Below the pieces are notes generated by a model. That model was not told the DNA's origin, ran no database searches, and saw only the letters and a program-made list of their open reading frames with translations. Positions 24,935 to 32,000 of a stretch of DNA of 32,000 bases are shown one piece after another. This DNA comes from Candidatus Omnitrophota bacterium (GTDB lineage Bacteria; Omnitrophota; Gorgyraeia; Zapsychrales; JANLHA01), in assembly GCA_963662715.1 (NCBI GenBank), contig OY759724.1, positions 2,130,001 through 2,162,000 on the forward strand, read 5' to 3'. How positions within the stretch are numbered: position 1 is the first letter of the stretch; every line of letters begins with the position of its first letter. The translations under genes were made by a program, and so were the position numbers.

Positions 24935-26430
24935 AAGTTTTTATCATATCCCTTTTCGTCTTTCTGACCATGACGCCTGGAGCTTTTGGAAAAAACATAA
25001 AGCATCCGAACGTAAGCGGGCAGTTTTATAGCGCAAATCCCCAAAAACTCTCCGCTCACCTGGACCAGCTTTTCTCCTCGGCCGACATCTCCCCGACGGA
25101 AAAAGATGTGCTGATCCTCGTCTCTCCCCATGCCGGTTACGTGTATTCCGGCGGGGTTGCCGCCTATGGATTCAAGGCCTTAAAAGAGAAGGCGTATCGC
25201 ACGGTCATCGTTTTGTCTCCCAGTCATCACTACGGATTCGGCGAGATTTCGGTTTGGAAGGACGGGGCTTTTGAAACCCCGTTAGGCTCTATTGAGGTGG
25301 ATCAGGAATTCTCGGAAAAACTTCTCGAACAGCATGAAAAGTTTGTTTTTATCCCGCAGGCTTTTGACCGTGAACACGCCCTTGAAGTTCAGCTTCCTTT
25401 CCTGCAGAAGGTCTACAAAGACTTCAAAATTGTCCCGGTCATTTTCGGCCAGACGAATAAGGATTTGTGCCGTATTTTTGCGGAGAGCCTTGATAAACTG
25501 ATAGGAGACCGTAAGGATGTTTTGGTCGTTGTCAGCTCGGACATGTCCCATTTTCATGACAGTCTTACGGCCAGGAACAAGGACCGGAAAACCATTCAGG
25601 CTATTGAAAAACTGGCGATAGATGATTTCTGGAAAAAGACTCAGTCAAGAGAAATGGAAATGTGCGGTTCGCATCCTGTGACTTCGGCGCTTTTCTTGGC
25701 TAAAAGGCGCGGGCTGAAACCTGAAGTTTTAAAATATGCCCATTCCGGAGATGTTTCCGGGGATATGGACCGTGTCGTCGGCTATACGTCAATATTGTTT
25801 TACAGCCCTGAGGGGGCGCAGGATCCCTCAGATGATACCTCCGAGGGGGTGGAAGGGGTGGCTCCTTTAAGCCGGAACCAGAAAAAGCGTCTTATTCATA
25901 TCGCCAAGCAGACGATTCATGAATACGTTCAGAACGGGACGGTCAAGGAATTTAAGGAAACGGATCCCCGGCTTTTGGAAGAGGAAGGGGCTTTTGTCAC
26001 GATTCACAAACGCAAGGCTTTGCGGGGCTGTATTGGCAATATTATCGGTCAAGGGCCTTTGTATTTAACCGTGAGAAATATGGCTGTCGCCGCCGCGTCT
26101 CAGGACCCCCGGTTTTCTCCCGTTACCGAGAAGGAATTGTCCGAGATAGATATTGAAGTTTCCGTATTGTCCAGGCCGCGGAAATGTACGGATGTCCGTG
26201 AGATTATTATGGGGAAACACGGGGTAATTGTCCGCAGGGGCTTGTTTCATCAGGGGGTATTTCTTCCTCAGGTTGCCACGGAAACAGGCTGGAACCGGGA
26301 GGAATTCCTCTCGAACCTTTGTGCCCATAAAGCGGGTCTTCCCTCGGATGCGTGGAAAGACCCTAAAACCCATATTGAGATTTTTACGGCGGATGTTTTC
26401 TCAGAAGAAGATGCCGCCGGGACAGAATAG
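24931..26430 (+). CDS. fusion protein: Memo-like (AmmeMemoRadiSam system protein B) plus AMMECR1 (protein A) domains, with an apparent N-terminal signal peptide
   Basis: Memo half: SGQFYSANPQKL, VSPHAGYVYSGGVAAYGF, EHALEVQLPFLQ, SSDMSHFHD, MCGSHP, GYTSILF. AMMECR1 half: GAFVTIHKRKALRGCIGNI, SQDPRFSPV, IEVSVLS, HGVIVRRG...GVFLPQVA. The start overlaps the previous stop (ATGA). The N-terminus is MKVFIISLFVFLTMTPGAFG. Confidence 0.9.
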   Translation: MKVFIISLFVFLTMTPGAFGKNIKHPNVSGQFYSANPQKLSAHLDQLFSSADISPTEKDVLILVSPHAGYVYSGGVAAYGFKALKEKAYRTVIVLSPSHHYGFGEISVWKDGAFETPLGSIEVDQEFSEKLLEQHEKFVFIPQAFDREHALEVQLPFLQKVYKDFKIVPVIFGQTNKDLCRIFAESLDKLIGDRKDVLVVVSSDMSHFHDSLTARNKDRKTIQAIEKLAIDDFWKKTQSREMEMCGSHPVTSALFLAKRRGLKPEVLKYAHSGDVSGDMDRVVGYTSILFYSPEGAQDPSDDTSEGVEGVAPLSRNQKKRLIHIAKQTIHEYVQNGTVKEFKETDPRLLEEEGAFVTIHKRKALRGCIGNIIGQGPLYLTVRNMAVAAASQDPRFSPVTEKELSEIDIEVSVLSRPRKCTDVREIIMGKHGVIVRRGLFHQGVFLPQVATETGWNREEFLSNLCAHKAGLPSDAWKDPKTHIEIFTADVFSEEDAAGTE

Positions 26431-26488
26431 TTGACGGTCGGGTTGGCCGCGCCGGTCAGCCGTGTTTATATTTTTCAGAGAGATATTT

Positions 26489-26535
26489 AGGAAGAGCAGG
26501 CCACTGACTATGTATGTGTATGGCCTGCTCTTCCT
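26489..26535. repeat. perfect 15-bp inverted repeat (hairpin with a 17-nt loop)
   Basis: AGGAAGAGCAGGCCA (26489-26503) and TGGCCTGCTCTTCCT (26521-26535) are exact reverse complements. Located about 60 nt after the Memo-AMMECR1 stop. Followed by GTTTAGGGG, so there is only a weak U-tract. Confidence 0.8.
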
Positions 26536-26851
26536 GTTTAGGGGCAGGGAAAAAATATTTTTATTTAGTCAATAGGCCAGGAGACAACGTTAATGAAAAA
26601 CTGTTATTCCTTTTAGGGCCGTTTTTGCCTTTTTGTGAATTCAAGAATATTATCCGAGTATTTTGCTATTCTATCTTATTTTAGGGGAAATAGTTAGTAA
26701 AAGGTGATTTTTGCGGTTTTTTCTTTTAGACTCATGCCCGGCAAGAGAGTATAATAATAAAAAAGTAGTAAAATGTAATTTGGTATAAAAGGTGCGTGTT
26801 TTATTTTATGCCGGAATTATCGTTAGGCCAATATTACTGAAAGGGAAGAAA

Positions 26852-27295
26852 ATGAGACTGAAAAAAGTATTTGTTTTATGTGTGACTGTTGTCTTCTGTT
26901 GCTGTCAAAGCGCTTGGGCCCAATCAACTCAAACAACAGAGCAGGGACAGCAGACCCAAAGGGGATCGTCCTCGACAAGTTCTAAAAGTTACAGCGCTCA
27001 TATTAAAGCTAAAACTCAGGAAGCAGCGCAACGCATTAAAGATATGATGGCTAGGATTGAATTGCAGCGGCAAAGGGTCCGTGATATGCAGGAAAGGAAT
27101 CAGTTGGCTCAGCAACGTATGAGAGATATGATCGAAAGGAATAAGATTCAAACGCAGGAAAAAATCAGGGACATGCAGCAAAAGAATCAAAACATGAAAT
27201 ATCGTATTCAGGATATTAAGGCTAAAAATGAACTGCAACAGCAGAAAATACGCGACATGCAACAAAGACTCAAGGACTCGCAAAGAAATTATTAA
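26852..27295 (+). CDS. secreted Q/R/K-rich protein made of 14-15-residue tandem repeats
   Basis: AAGGGAAG upstream of ATG 26852. Signal peptide MRLKKVFVLCVTVVFCCCQSAWA. This is followed by six repeats of the type [IVM]-[RKQ]-D-[MI]-x2-[RK]-N-x4-Q-[RK]. Confidence 0.7.
   Translation: MRLKKVFVLCVTVVFCCCQSAWAQSTQTTEQGQQTQRGSSSTSSKSYSAHIKAKTQEAAQRIKDMMARIELQRQRVRDMQERNQLAQQRMRDMIERNKIQTQEKIRDMQQKNQNMKYRIQDIKAKNELQQQKIRDMQQRLKDSQRNY
27035..27292 (+). repeat. six degenerate in-frame tandem repeats (periods 42/42/45/42/42 nt) inside the CDS
   Basis: The conserved Asp codons fall at 27041, 27083, 27125, 27170, 27212 and 27254. Peptide units: IKDMMARIELQRQR, VRDMQERNQLAQQR, MRDMIERNKIQTQEK, IRDMQQKNQNMKYR, IQDIKAKNELQQQK, IRDMQQRLKDSQRNY. 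Confidence 0.8.
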
Positions 27296-27350
27296 TATAA
27301 CGCACCGTGAGAATCCTTTGATTGTTTTATTCAGATGAAATTGCCGTATA

Positions 27351-27386
27351 AAATCCTCCACATGAATAAGTGGAGGATTTTTTTTG
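27351..27386 (+). terminator. rho-independent terminator
   Basis: Perfect 11-bp stem AAATCCTCCAC / GTGGAGGATTT with an 8-nt loop, running into a T-tract (GGATTTTTTTTG). Confidence 0.75.
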
Positions 27387-27674
27387 AAAAGCATCTTTGT
27401 CTGCGGATGATTTCGCGAAAGATTGTCGGGTTGTAACTAATTGTGGTATAACACTTTGTGCATTTAAAAACGATGACATTAAGAATGCGGGAATTTCATT
27501 AAATTTATTAAAATATAAAAAAATATGTTAAAATAAAAAATGATTCATTCCCGGTCAGTTCAGCAGAAGATTTTCAAAGGACACTTTTAGCTTGTAGGTG
27601 GGTTTCCCCGGGGCTGGCTCAAATTCACTGAGTCATAACAGGGGACGGATAAAATAACAACGAGGATAGGCATT

Positions 27675-29210
27675 ATGGCTTTAGCACGCGTTCTTATTTT
27701 TGTTATTGTCTTTTTCATATCGACAGGAATTTATTTGTACGATCAGCATTTAACACGGCAGGGAAAAGTCGGTCCTGTCACCCAACTCATGGATTTTGTC
27801 CATTACGGCAAATATGCTCTCGGCGGAGACCGGTCAAGCCGTGCCAGGGGGGATGACCAGGCTGTCAACATCAATGAACATCTGACACGTTTGGGTGAAA
27901 CCTATGATGCTTTGTGCGAGGAAAGGGCCGAGCTGCAGAAAAAGAGAAATGAAATTTTACGTCAACTTTCCGAACTTAATGGCCAATTGGTGGAGGAGGC
28001 GCAGGGTTATGCTGAAGTTCTCACTCAAGAGCGTTATCAGTTTTTAGAAGAGTTCCCTGCCATGAAAGCCGTTGCCCTGCAGATGGCTCAAGTGCAAACG
28101 GAAACAGATCCCGTAGAGCGGAAGAAAAAGTTGCTGGAAATTGAACAGCAGCTGAATGCCCTGATGAAAGAGGCGGCTGGAGAAACAACGCGTGATTCTA
28201 CCCGAGCCGCCGTTTTGTTTGTCTTGAACAGAGTGGCCGAAGAACATCCTGAAGAGTTCCTGAATATCTGCGGGGACTTGGATGCCGAGGCTTGCTGGGA
28301 GTCTAATGCGGCTCAAGCCGGGGACCTGCTGTTTGAACTTTTTGATGTCGAAAGCAGTGAGCTGGCAGATGACGTGAAAGAATTAAAAGATATTGTTGAA
28401 AATCTCGGCCGGGAATATTATATTTATGCTGAAAACTATGAAGCCAGTGAACAGCTTTTGGAGGAAGGGAACGAACGGGCGCAGGGAGAGTTGCAGCGGC
28501 TGAGTCAGAAACTGGTCGAAACAACGGATGTCAGCGTTGAAGAGATTCGCAAGCTGTATGAAGACTTATTTTTTGAATATGATGTTGTGTTGGAAAACTT
28601 GGCTTTTAATCTTAAAAGACTTGAAGAAAGGCAGGACATGCTGAACTGGCATGTTAACCGTTTGTCGGATCATGAGCGGGCAGACCAGGAGGAGAAGGCT
28701 GAAAAGACGTTGTCGGCTTTTGAGGCCATCCGAAGGAAGCAGCAGGAATTGTTCCGCCTTTTAGTCAAAGATTTCGCTGCTCTTAAAGATACATATCGTC
28801 GGCAGAGGGCTTTGGCTGAAGGACTTTCCGTCTTTATCCAGACAAGCCAGCTGGAAACAGGCTGGGTGAGGACTTCCGGGCAGGGAAATATTCAGGTTGA
28901 GAAGAACAAGGAAACGCTCAGGCAGGCCTTTTCGAACCGACAAAGCAAAACGGCAGAGGTTAACCAAGGCAGGTCCTATACACAAGTTACGAATAACAGG
29001 CCCTCGCAGAGCCATACGTCCGTTTCCCCGAGCCGGCCGGGTACACGAACGTCGGCGACCAGTTCCTCCTTAATGACTCAGGATTTGTTGAGGCAGAACG
29101 CCGCCCGCAATTCTGATATCGCAGACAGATCCAAAGAGCAAATGCAGCGTTTAAGAGATAAAGCCCGGGATCAAGGTTTTTATGACCGCTCTTTCCCTTC
29201 CAACCCTTAA
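27675..29210 (+). CDS. hypothetical membrane-anchored coiled-coil protein with an S/T/Q/N-rich disordered tail
   Basis: GAGGA upstream. N-terminal TM LARVLIFVIVFFISTGIYLY. A long E/Q/L/K-rich helical region. The C-terminal roughly 100 aa are low-complexity (SQSHTSVSPSRPGTRTSATSSS). Confidence 0.7.
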   Translation: MALARVLIFVIVFFISTGIYLYDQHLTRQGKVGPVTQLMDFVHYGKYALGGDRSSRARGDDQAVNINEHLTRLGETYDALCEERAELQKKRNEILRQLSELNGQLVEEAQGYAEVLTQERYQFLEEFPAMKAVALQMAQVQTETDPVERKKKLLEIEQQLNALMKEAAGETTRDSTRAAVLFVLNRVAEEHPEEFLNICGDLDAEACWESNAAQAGDLLFELFDVESSELADDVKELKDIVENLGREYYIYAENYEASEQLLEEGNERAQGELQRLSQKLVETTDVSVEEIRKLYEDLFFEYDVVLENLAFNLKRLEERQDMLNWHVNRLSDHERADQEEKAEKTLSAFEAIRRKQQELFRLLVKDFAALKDTYRRQRALAEGLSVFIQTSQLETGWVRTSGQGNIQVEKNKETLRQAFSNRQSKTAEVNQGRSYTQVTNNRPSQSHTSVSPSRPGTRTSATSSSLMTQDLLRQNAARNSDIADRSKEQMQRLRDKARDQGFYDRSFPSNP

Positions 29211-29219
29211 GATATATCT

Positions 29220-31082
29220 ATGAAAGTATTAAAATTTATATTTATTTCTCTCCTTGCTATTATTCTCTTGGCCTGTGTGGGTCTATTTGTCTTCGTGAAA
29301 ACTTTTGATATCAATCGTCATAAAAGCCGCATTGAATCTGAAATCAGCACGAGCATCGGCCGGCAGGTTACCTTTGACAGAATCGACTGGTCTTTTTCTT
29401 TAAATAAGGGCTTTTTTTTAAAAGTCACTGATATTTCTATAAAGGGGAGTCTTCAGGCCGCTTCCAAAGACCTGTTGTCCATTGCTCAAGCCCAGATTCA
29501 GGTGGACGTCATGACGTACTTGAAAGAGCAGGAAATTCGTATCTCTCAAATTTCCGTGCGGCGTCCCCGCATTCATATTATCAAAGACCAAAGAGGTGTC
29601 TTAAACACAGAGCCTGTTCCCCCTCAATCGCTCCCGGACCCGACTCCGGATTCTTCGGCGCCGGGGATTACTCCGGAAGAAGAGACTCAGCTCGAAATCC
29701 CCCCTATATTCGTCGAGACAATCAACATAGATGACGGAGAAATTGTTTATCAGGATCAATCGTCATCTTTCCCCATGGACATTGAGATTTTAAAATTAAA
29801 GATCTATTTGACCCGTTTTTCATTATCCGAGCCGTTTCCTTTTAAAATTCGGTTCGCTTTATGGAGCGATGCCGATAATGTCCTGCTTGACGGGCAAGTT
29901 TCGCTGGATTTTTCTCAGCAGAAAGTCTCTGTTCGTGATTGTCATATAAATTTTGACCTCAGTCGGCTGAAAATGGAGAACATTATAAAAGCCTTCCCGT
30001 CTTTGCGTTCCGTGCCGCTCGGCTCAGGATACAAAGGTCAATGTCAGCTCGGCCTGAAACAGCTGACCGTGGGCGCAAAAGGCTTGGAAACATTGTTGTT
30101 GACGGGAAATATTAAAGAAGGCCAGGCCGGACTCCCTTACCGCGAACTGGTCCTGGACCATATGCAATTGCAATTCGAGCTGGATCCCCGGGATTTGAAC
30201 TTAAAACATGTTTCCGCCGAGGTGGGGCAGGGCCGGGTTTCCGCCGAGGGCGTTATTTCCGATTACATGAATACCCAGGGATACTCTTTCCAGTTTAAGA
30301 CCGAAGGGGTGTCTTTAGCTGATCTTTTACCCGAGATACATCCGGAGGTGCAAGTTCTCGGGAACATTCAGGGGGAGTTTGCCCTTGCCGGAGAAGGGTT
30401 CCAGTATCCGGCCTTGTTGAGTCAACTGCACGGGCAGGGAAACGTTGCTGTTGACGAGGGGCGGTTAGAGGACTTTAATATTCTTAAAGTGTTGTTCGGC
30501 AGAATAAATATTCTTCCGAATGTGAGTCTTCTGCAGGCCTTGAGCTCGGGGTTGCCGGAGAAATATCAGGATGTTTTAAACAGAAAAGATACGATTTTGA
30601 CTGATGCCGGTGTGTCTGTGGCCGTTGAGCCCGGTGGGACCGTTCGGTTAACCCCCGTGAAACTTGTAACGGATTATTTGACATTCTCGGGTGAGGGTGA
30701 GATGGATCTTGAAAACAATATGTCCTTCTCGTCCGAAGTGTTTTTGTCTCCTGATTTGTCCGCCAGTATCATCGACCGTGTCGAAGAAATGCAGGCGCTT
30801 TTGGACCAGGATAACCGTATTAGAATCCCGCTGAAGCCTTTTAACGGACAGGTTCAGGATTTTCGAATGTATCCTGAGGTAGGCACCCTTGTTAAGAATG
30901 TTTTAATCCAGAAAGGGAAAAGTGAATTTGAGAAGTTTCTGCATAAAGTGATTGAGGCCAATACAGATGAAGCCCCTGATGATGAACCGGGCTCCCCGCA
31001 GGAGGAGACATCCCCCGCAGAAGATGACAATCCTTTAGAAAAACCAATTATTGATCTTCTCGAGACAATTTTTCAGGATTGA
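29220..31082 (+). CDS. AsmA-family protein (outer-membrane biogenesis / lipid-transport-associated family)
   Basis: The N-terminal anchor plus FDINRHKSRIESEISTSIGRQVTFDRIDWSF matches the conserved AsmA N-terminus (...YKP.I...V....GR.V.I.G.I..S). About 620 aa, beta-rich, with an acidic tail. Starts 9 nt after the upstream gene. Confidence 0.75.
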   Translation: MKVLKFIFISLLAIILLACVGLFVFVKTFDINRHKSRIESEISTSIGRQVTFDRIDWSFSLNKGFFLKVTDISIKGSLQAASKDLLSIAQAQIQVDVMTYLKEQEIRISQISVRRPRIHIIKDQRGVLNTEPVPPQSLPDPTPDSSAPGITPEEETQLEIPPIFVETINIDDGEIVYQDQSSSFPMDIEILKLKIYLTRFSLSEPFPFKIRFALWSDADNVLLDGQVSLDFSQQKVSVRDCHINFDLSRLKMENIIKAFPSLRSVPLGSGYKGQCQLGLKQLTVGAKGLETLLLTGNIKEGQAGLPYRELVLDHMQLQFELDPRDLNLKHVSAEVGQGRVSAEGVISDYMNTQGYSFQFKTEGVSLADLLPEIHPEVQVLGNIQGEFALAGEGFQYPALLSQLHGQGNVAVDEGRLEDFNILKVLFGRINILPNVSLLQALSSGLPEKYQDVLNRKDTILTDAGVSVAVEPGGTVRLTPVKLVTDYLTFSGEGEMDLENNMSFSSEVFLSPDLSASIIDRVEEMQALLDQDNRIRIPLKPFNGQVQDFRMYPEVGTLVKNVLIQKGKSEFEKFLHKVIEANTDEAPDDEPGSPQEETSPAEDDNPLEKPIIDLLETIFQD

Positions 31083-31108
31083 GATTCTAGCCGGAATTCC
31101 GTGTGCTT

Positions 31109-31759
31109 ATGAGACATAAAAAAATATTCGTGACAGGTATGGCAGGCATCGTGTTTTTGATTTGTGCTGTGGTTTATTTGTTTTTTCGGATGTCTCGGCC
31201 CTTGGCGGATGATCATTGGAAAGATTATATGAGCCGAGAGACGTATCAGGCTTACCGGCTTCAGAAAGAACATCTTGCCCTTGAAAATGAACGTTTGAGC
31301 CGCCAGTTGCAGAGTTTACAGCGTATGATAGAACGCAAGGAGATTGTTTTGGAAAAGGTTAAGAAAGAGAATGTTCAATTAAGGGACAAGATCCAGTTGA
31401 TGGATGAAATCGCTCAATTGCAGGATTCGATCGCCGAGCTGAAACATAAGAATTCCCAATTGGTTGAAAAGGAAGCACAGGTTCAGAAGGGCCGGGAGGA
31501 AGACCGGGTCATGTCGTGGAACAGCCTTGAGGAAGCCCGGGCGGCTTTAACGAAAGAAAGGCTGCGAATTCAGTCTGTTAAAGAGCGGATAGAAATTTTG
31601 ACTTCGCAAGAAAAAGACGAGAAGGTTGCGGTCCAGCAAGAATTGGATAAAATTCAGAGTCATATGGGAAATAAGGGATATCTGGTCAGGGAAGGGACGT
31701 CTTTGCTTGGTGATGATGCCGGGAAGACCTTGTCCCCGGACGTGAGGAAAGATGAATGA
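31109..31759 (+). CDS. hypothetical membrane-anchored coiled-coil protein
   Basis: N-terminal TM IFVTGMAGIVFLICAVVYLFF followed by heptad-rich sequence (LENERLSRQLQSLQRMIERKEIVLEKVKKENVQLRDKIQL). ATG 31109; GTG 31103 is an alternative start. Confidence 0.65.
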   Translation: MRHKKIFVTGMAGIVFLICAVVYLFFRMSRPLADDHWKDYMSRETYQAYRLQKEHLALENERLSRQLQSLQRMIERKEIVLEKVKKENVQLRDKIQLMDEIAQLQDSIAELKHKNSQLVEKEAQVQKGREEDRVMSWNSLEEARAALTKERLRIQSVKERIEILTSQEKDEKVAVQQELDKIQSHMGNKGYLVREGTSLLGDDAGKTLSPDVRKDE

Positions 31760-31891
31760 CATGTTTTTTATGGAAGTGCGGGAAGCCTGCGTGTCTCCCG
31801 GAGGGTTCCAAGAAAATCTTTTTTGTCCCCGGGACCTGTAGATGAATATTTTTTTGTGTTATTTGCGGAGAACTGCTAAGATACTGATCAT

Positions 31892-32000
31892 ATGGCTGTG
31901 CAACGCGTCAGGCATTTAGATACAAAAGCGGGGGTCATTTCATACACTTTAACCCGTTCAGCCAGGAGACGGACGATCGAAATTTCTGTCTCAGAACAAG
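31892..32000 (+). CDS. start of a DUF45/YgjP-like (M48-related) metal-dependent hydrolase; 3' end lies outside the window
   Basis: ATG 31892 opens MAVQRVRHLDTKAGVISYTLTRSARRRTIEISVSEQ... The Y-x-L-x-RS-x-RR-x-T-I-x-I-x-V pattern is the usual DUF45 N-terminus. Only 36 codons are visible, so this is tentative. Confidence 0.5.
   Translation, partial: MAVQRVRHLDTKAGVISYTLTRSARRRTIEISVSEQ

Noticed and set aside
27357-27372. A second CCAC-N8-GTGG match (CCACATGAATAAGTGG), considered as a potential second LexA operator.
   Set aside because: It is simply the core of the 11-bp terminator stem after the repeat-protein gene. This also shows that the bare CCAC-N8-GTGG pattern is not specific, which lowers confidence in the lexA operator proposal.
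27610-27640. GGGGCTGGCTCAAATTCACTGAG resembles the GGGGCTGA... 5' end of tmRNA. More generally, the intergenic regions (6543-6804, 23568-23814, 26431-26851, 27387-27674) were scanned for tRNA, SRP RNA, RNase P, 6S or riboswitch signatures.
   Set aside because: No acceptor/T-arm partner, tag reading frame or conserved core motif (GGTTCGAATCC, GGAAAGTCCGG, GGAAGCAGCC) was found. By-eye scanning cannot exclude a novel structured RNA. Infernal/Rfam would be the decisive check.
1-32000. Mobile elements, prophage genes, CRISPR-Cas and known defence systems. The UvrD-like helicase was considered as a Gabija GajB-like component.
   Set aside because: No transposase, integrase, terminal inverted repeats, repeat-spacer array or OLD/TOPRIM-type partner is present. 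The helicase has a full housekeeping SF1A motif set and sits among chromosomal genes.

Overview
The window is about 32 kb and almost fully coding, with roughly 35 genes. All but five are on the + strand. The envelope gene content points to a diderm bacterium: lipobox lipoproteins, LepB, an AsmA-like protein, an LpoB-like protein and a SPOR protein. Composition statements below are by eye, not computed.

Layout:
- 1-6.5 kb: a housekeeping block, aroF (5' partial)-tyrA-cmk-lepA-lepB-lipoprotein-pgsA-plsY.
- 6.6-7.3 kb: a visibly AT-rich orphan transcription unit with its own promoter and a perfect terminator.
- 7.3-9.5 kb: envelope lipoproteins and a LapG/BTLCP-like periplasmic cysteine peptidase.
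- 9.5-10.6 kb: a decayed PfkB-family sugar kinase with two in-frame stops in its 5' part.
- 10.6-13.4 kb: a hypothetical HTH-like protein, then a translationally coupled HExxH metallopeptidase and Ddl-like ATP-grasp ligase.
- 13.5-15.0 kb, minus strand: a small membrane protein, an H-NOX/V4R-like protein and a DUF2007-like protein. This block is divergent from lexA.
- 15.2-20.9 kb: lexA, an AT-rich secreted coiled-coil gene, a UvrD/PcrA-family helicase, a membrane-anchored beta-propeller protein and a DEDDh exonuclease.
- 20.9-23.6 kb: a SPOR protein, an LpoB-like lipoprotein and a large helical-repeat lipoprotein.
- 23.8-26.4 kb: DsbA-like, MauE/DoxX-like and a Memo-AMMECR1 fusion that carries an apparent signal peptide.
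- 26.8-31.8 kb: a secreted 14-residue tandem-repeat protein, then a TM coiled-coil / AsmA-like / TM coiled-coil operon.
- 31.9 kb to the end: start of a DUF45/YgjP-like gene.

By eye I found no rRNA, tRNA, CRISPR array, transposase, integrase or recognisable defence gene. The window reads as mostly core chromosome of a poorly characterised lineage.

The best candidates for an undescribed system are the Dsb-linked, apparently exported Memo-AMMECR1 operon and the metallopeptidase/ATP-grasp pair. Both are inferences from motifs and gene order, not demonstrated functions.
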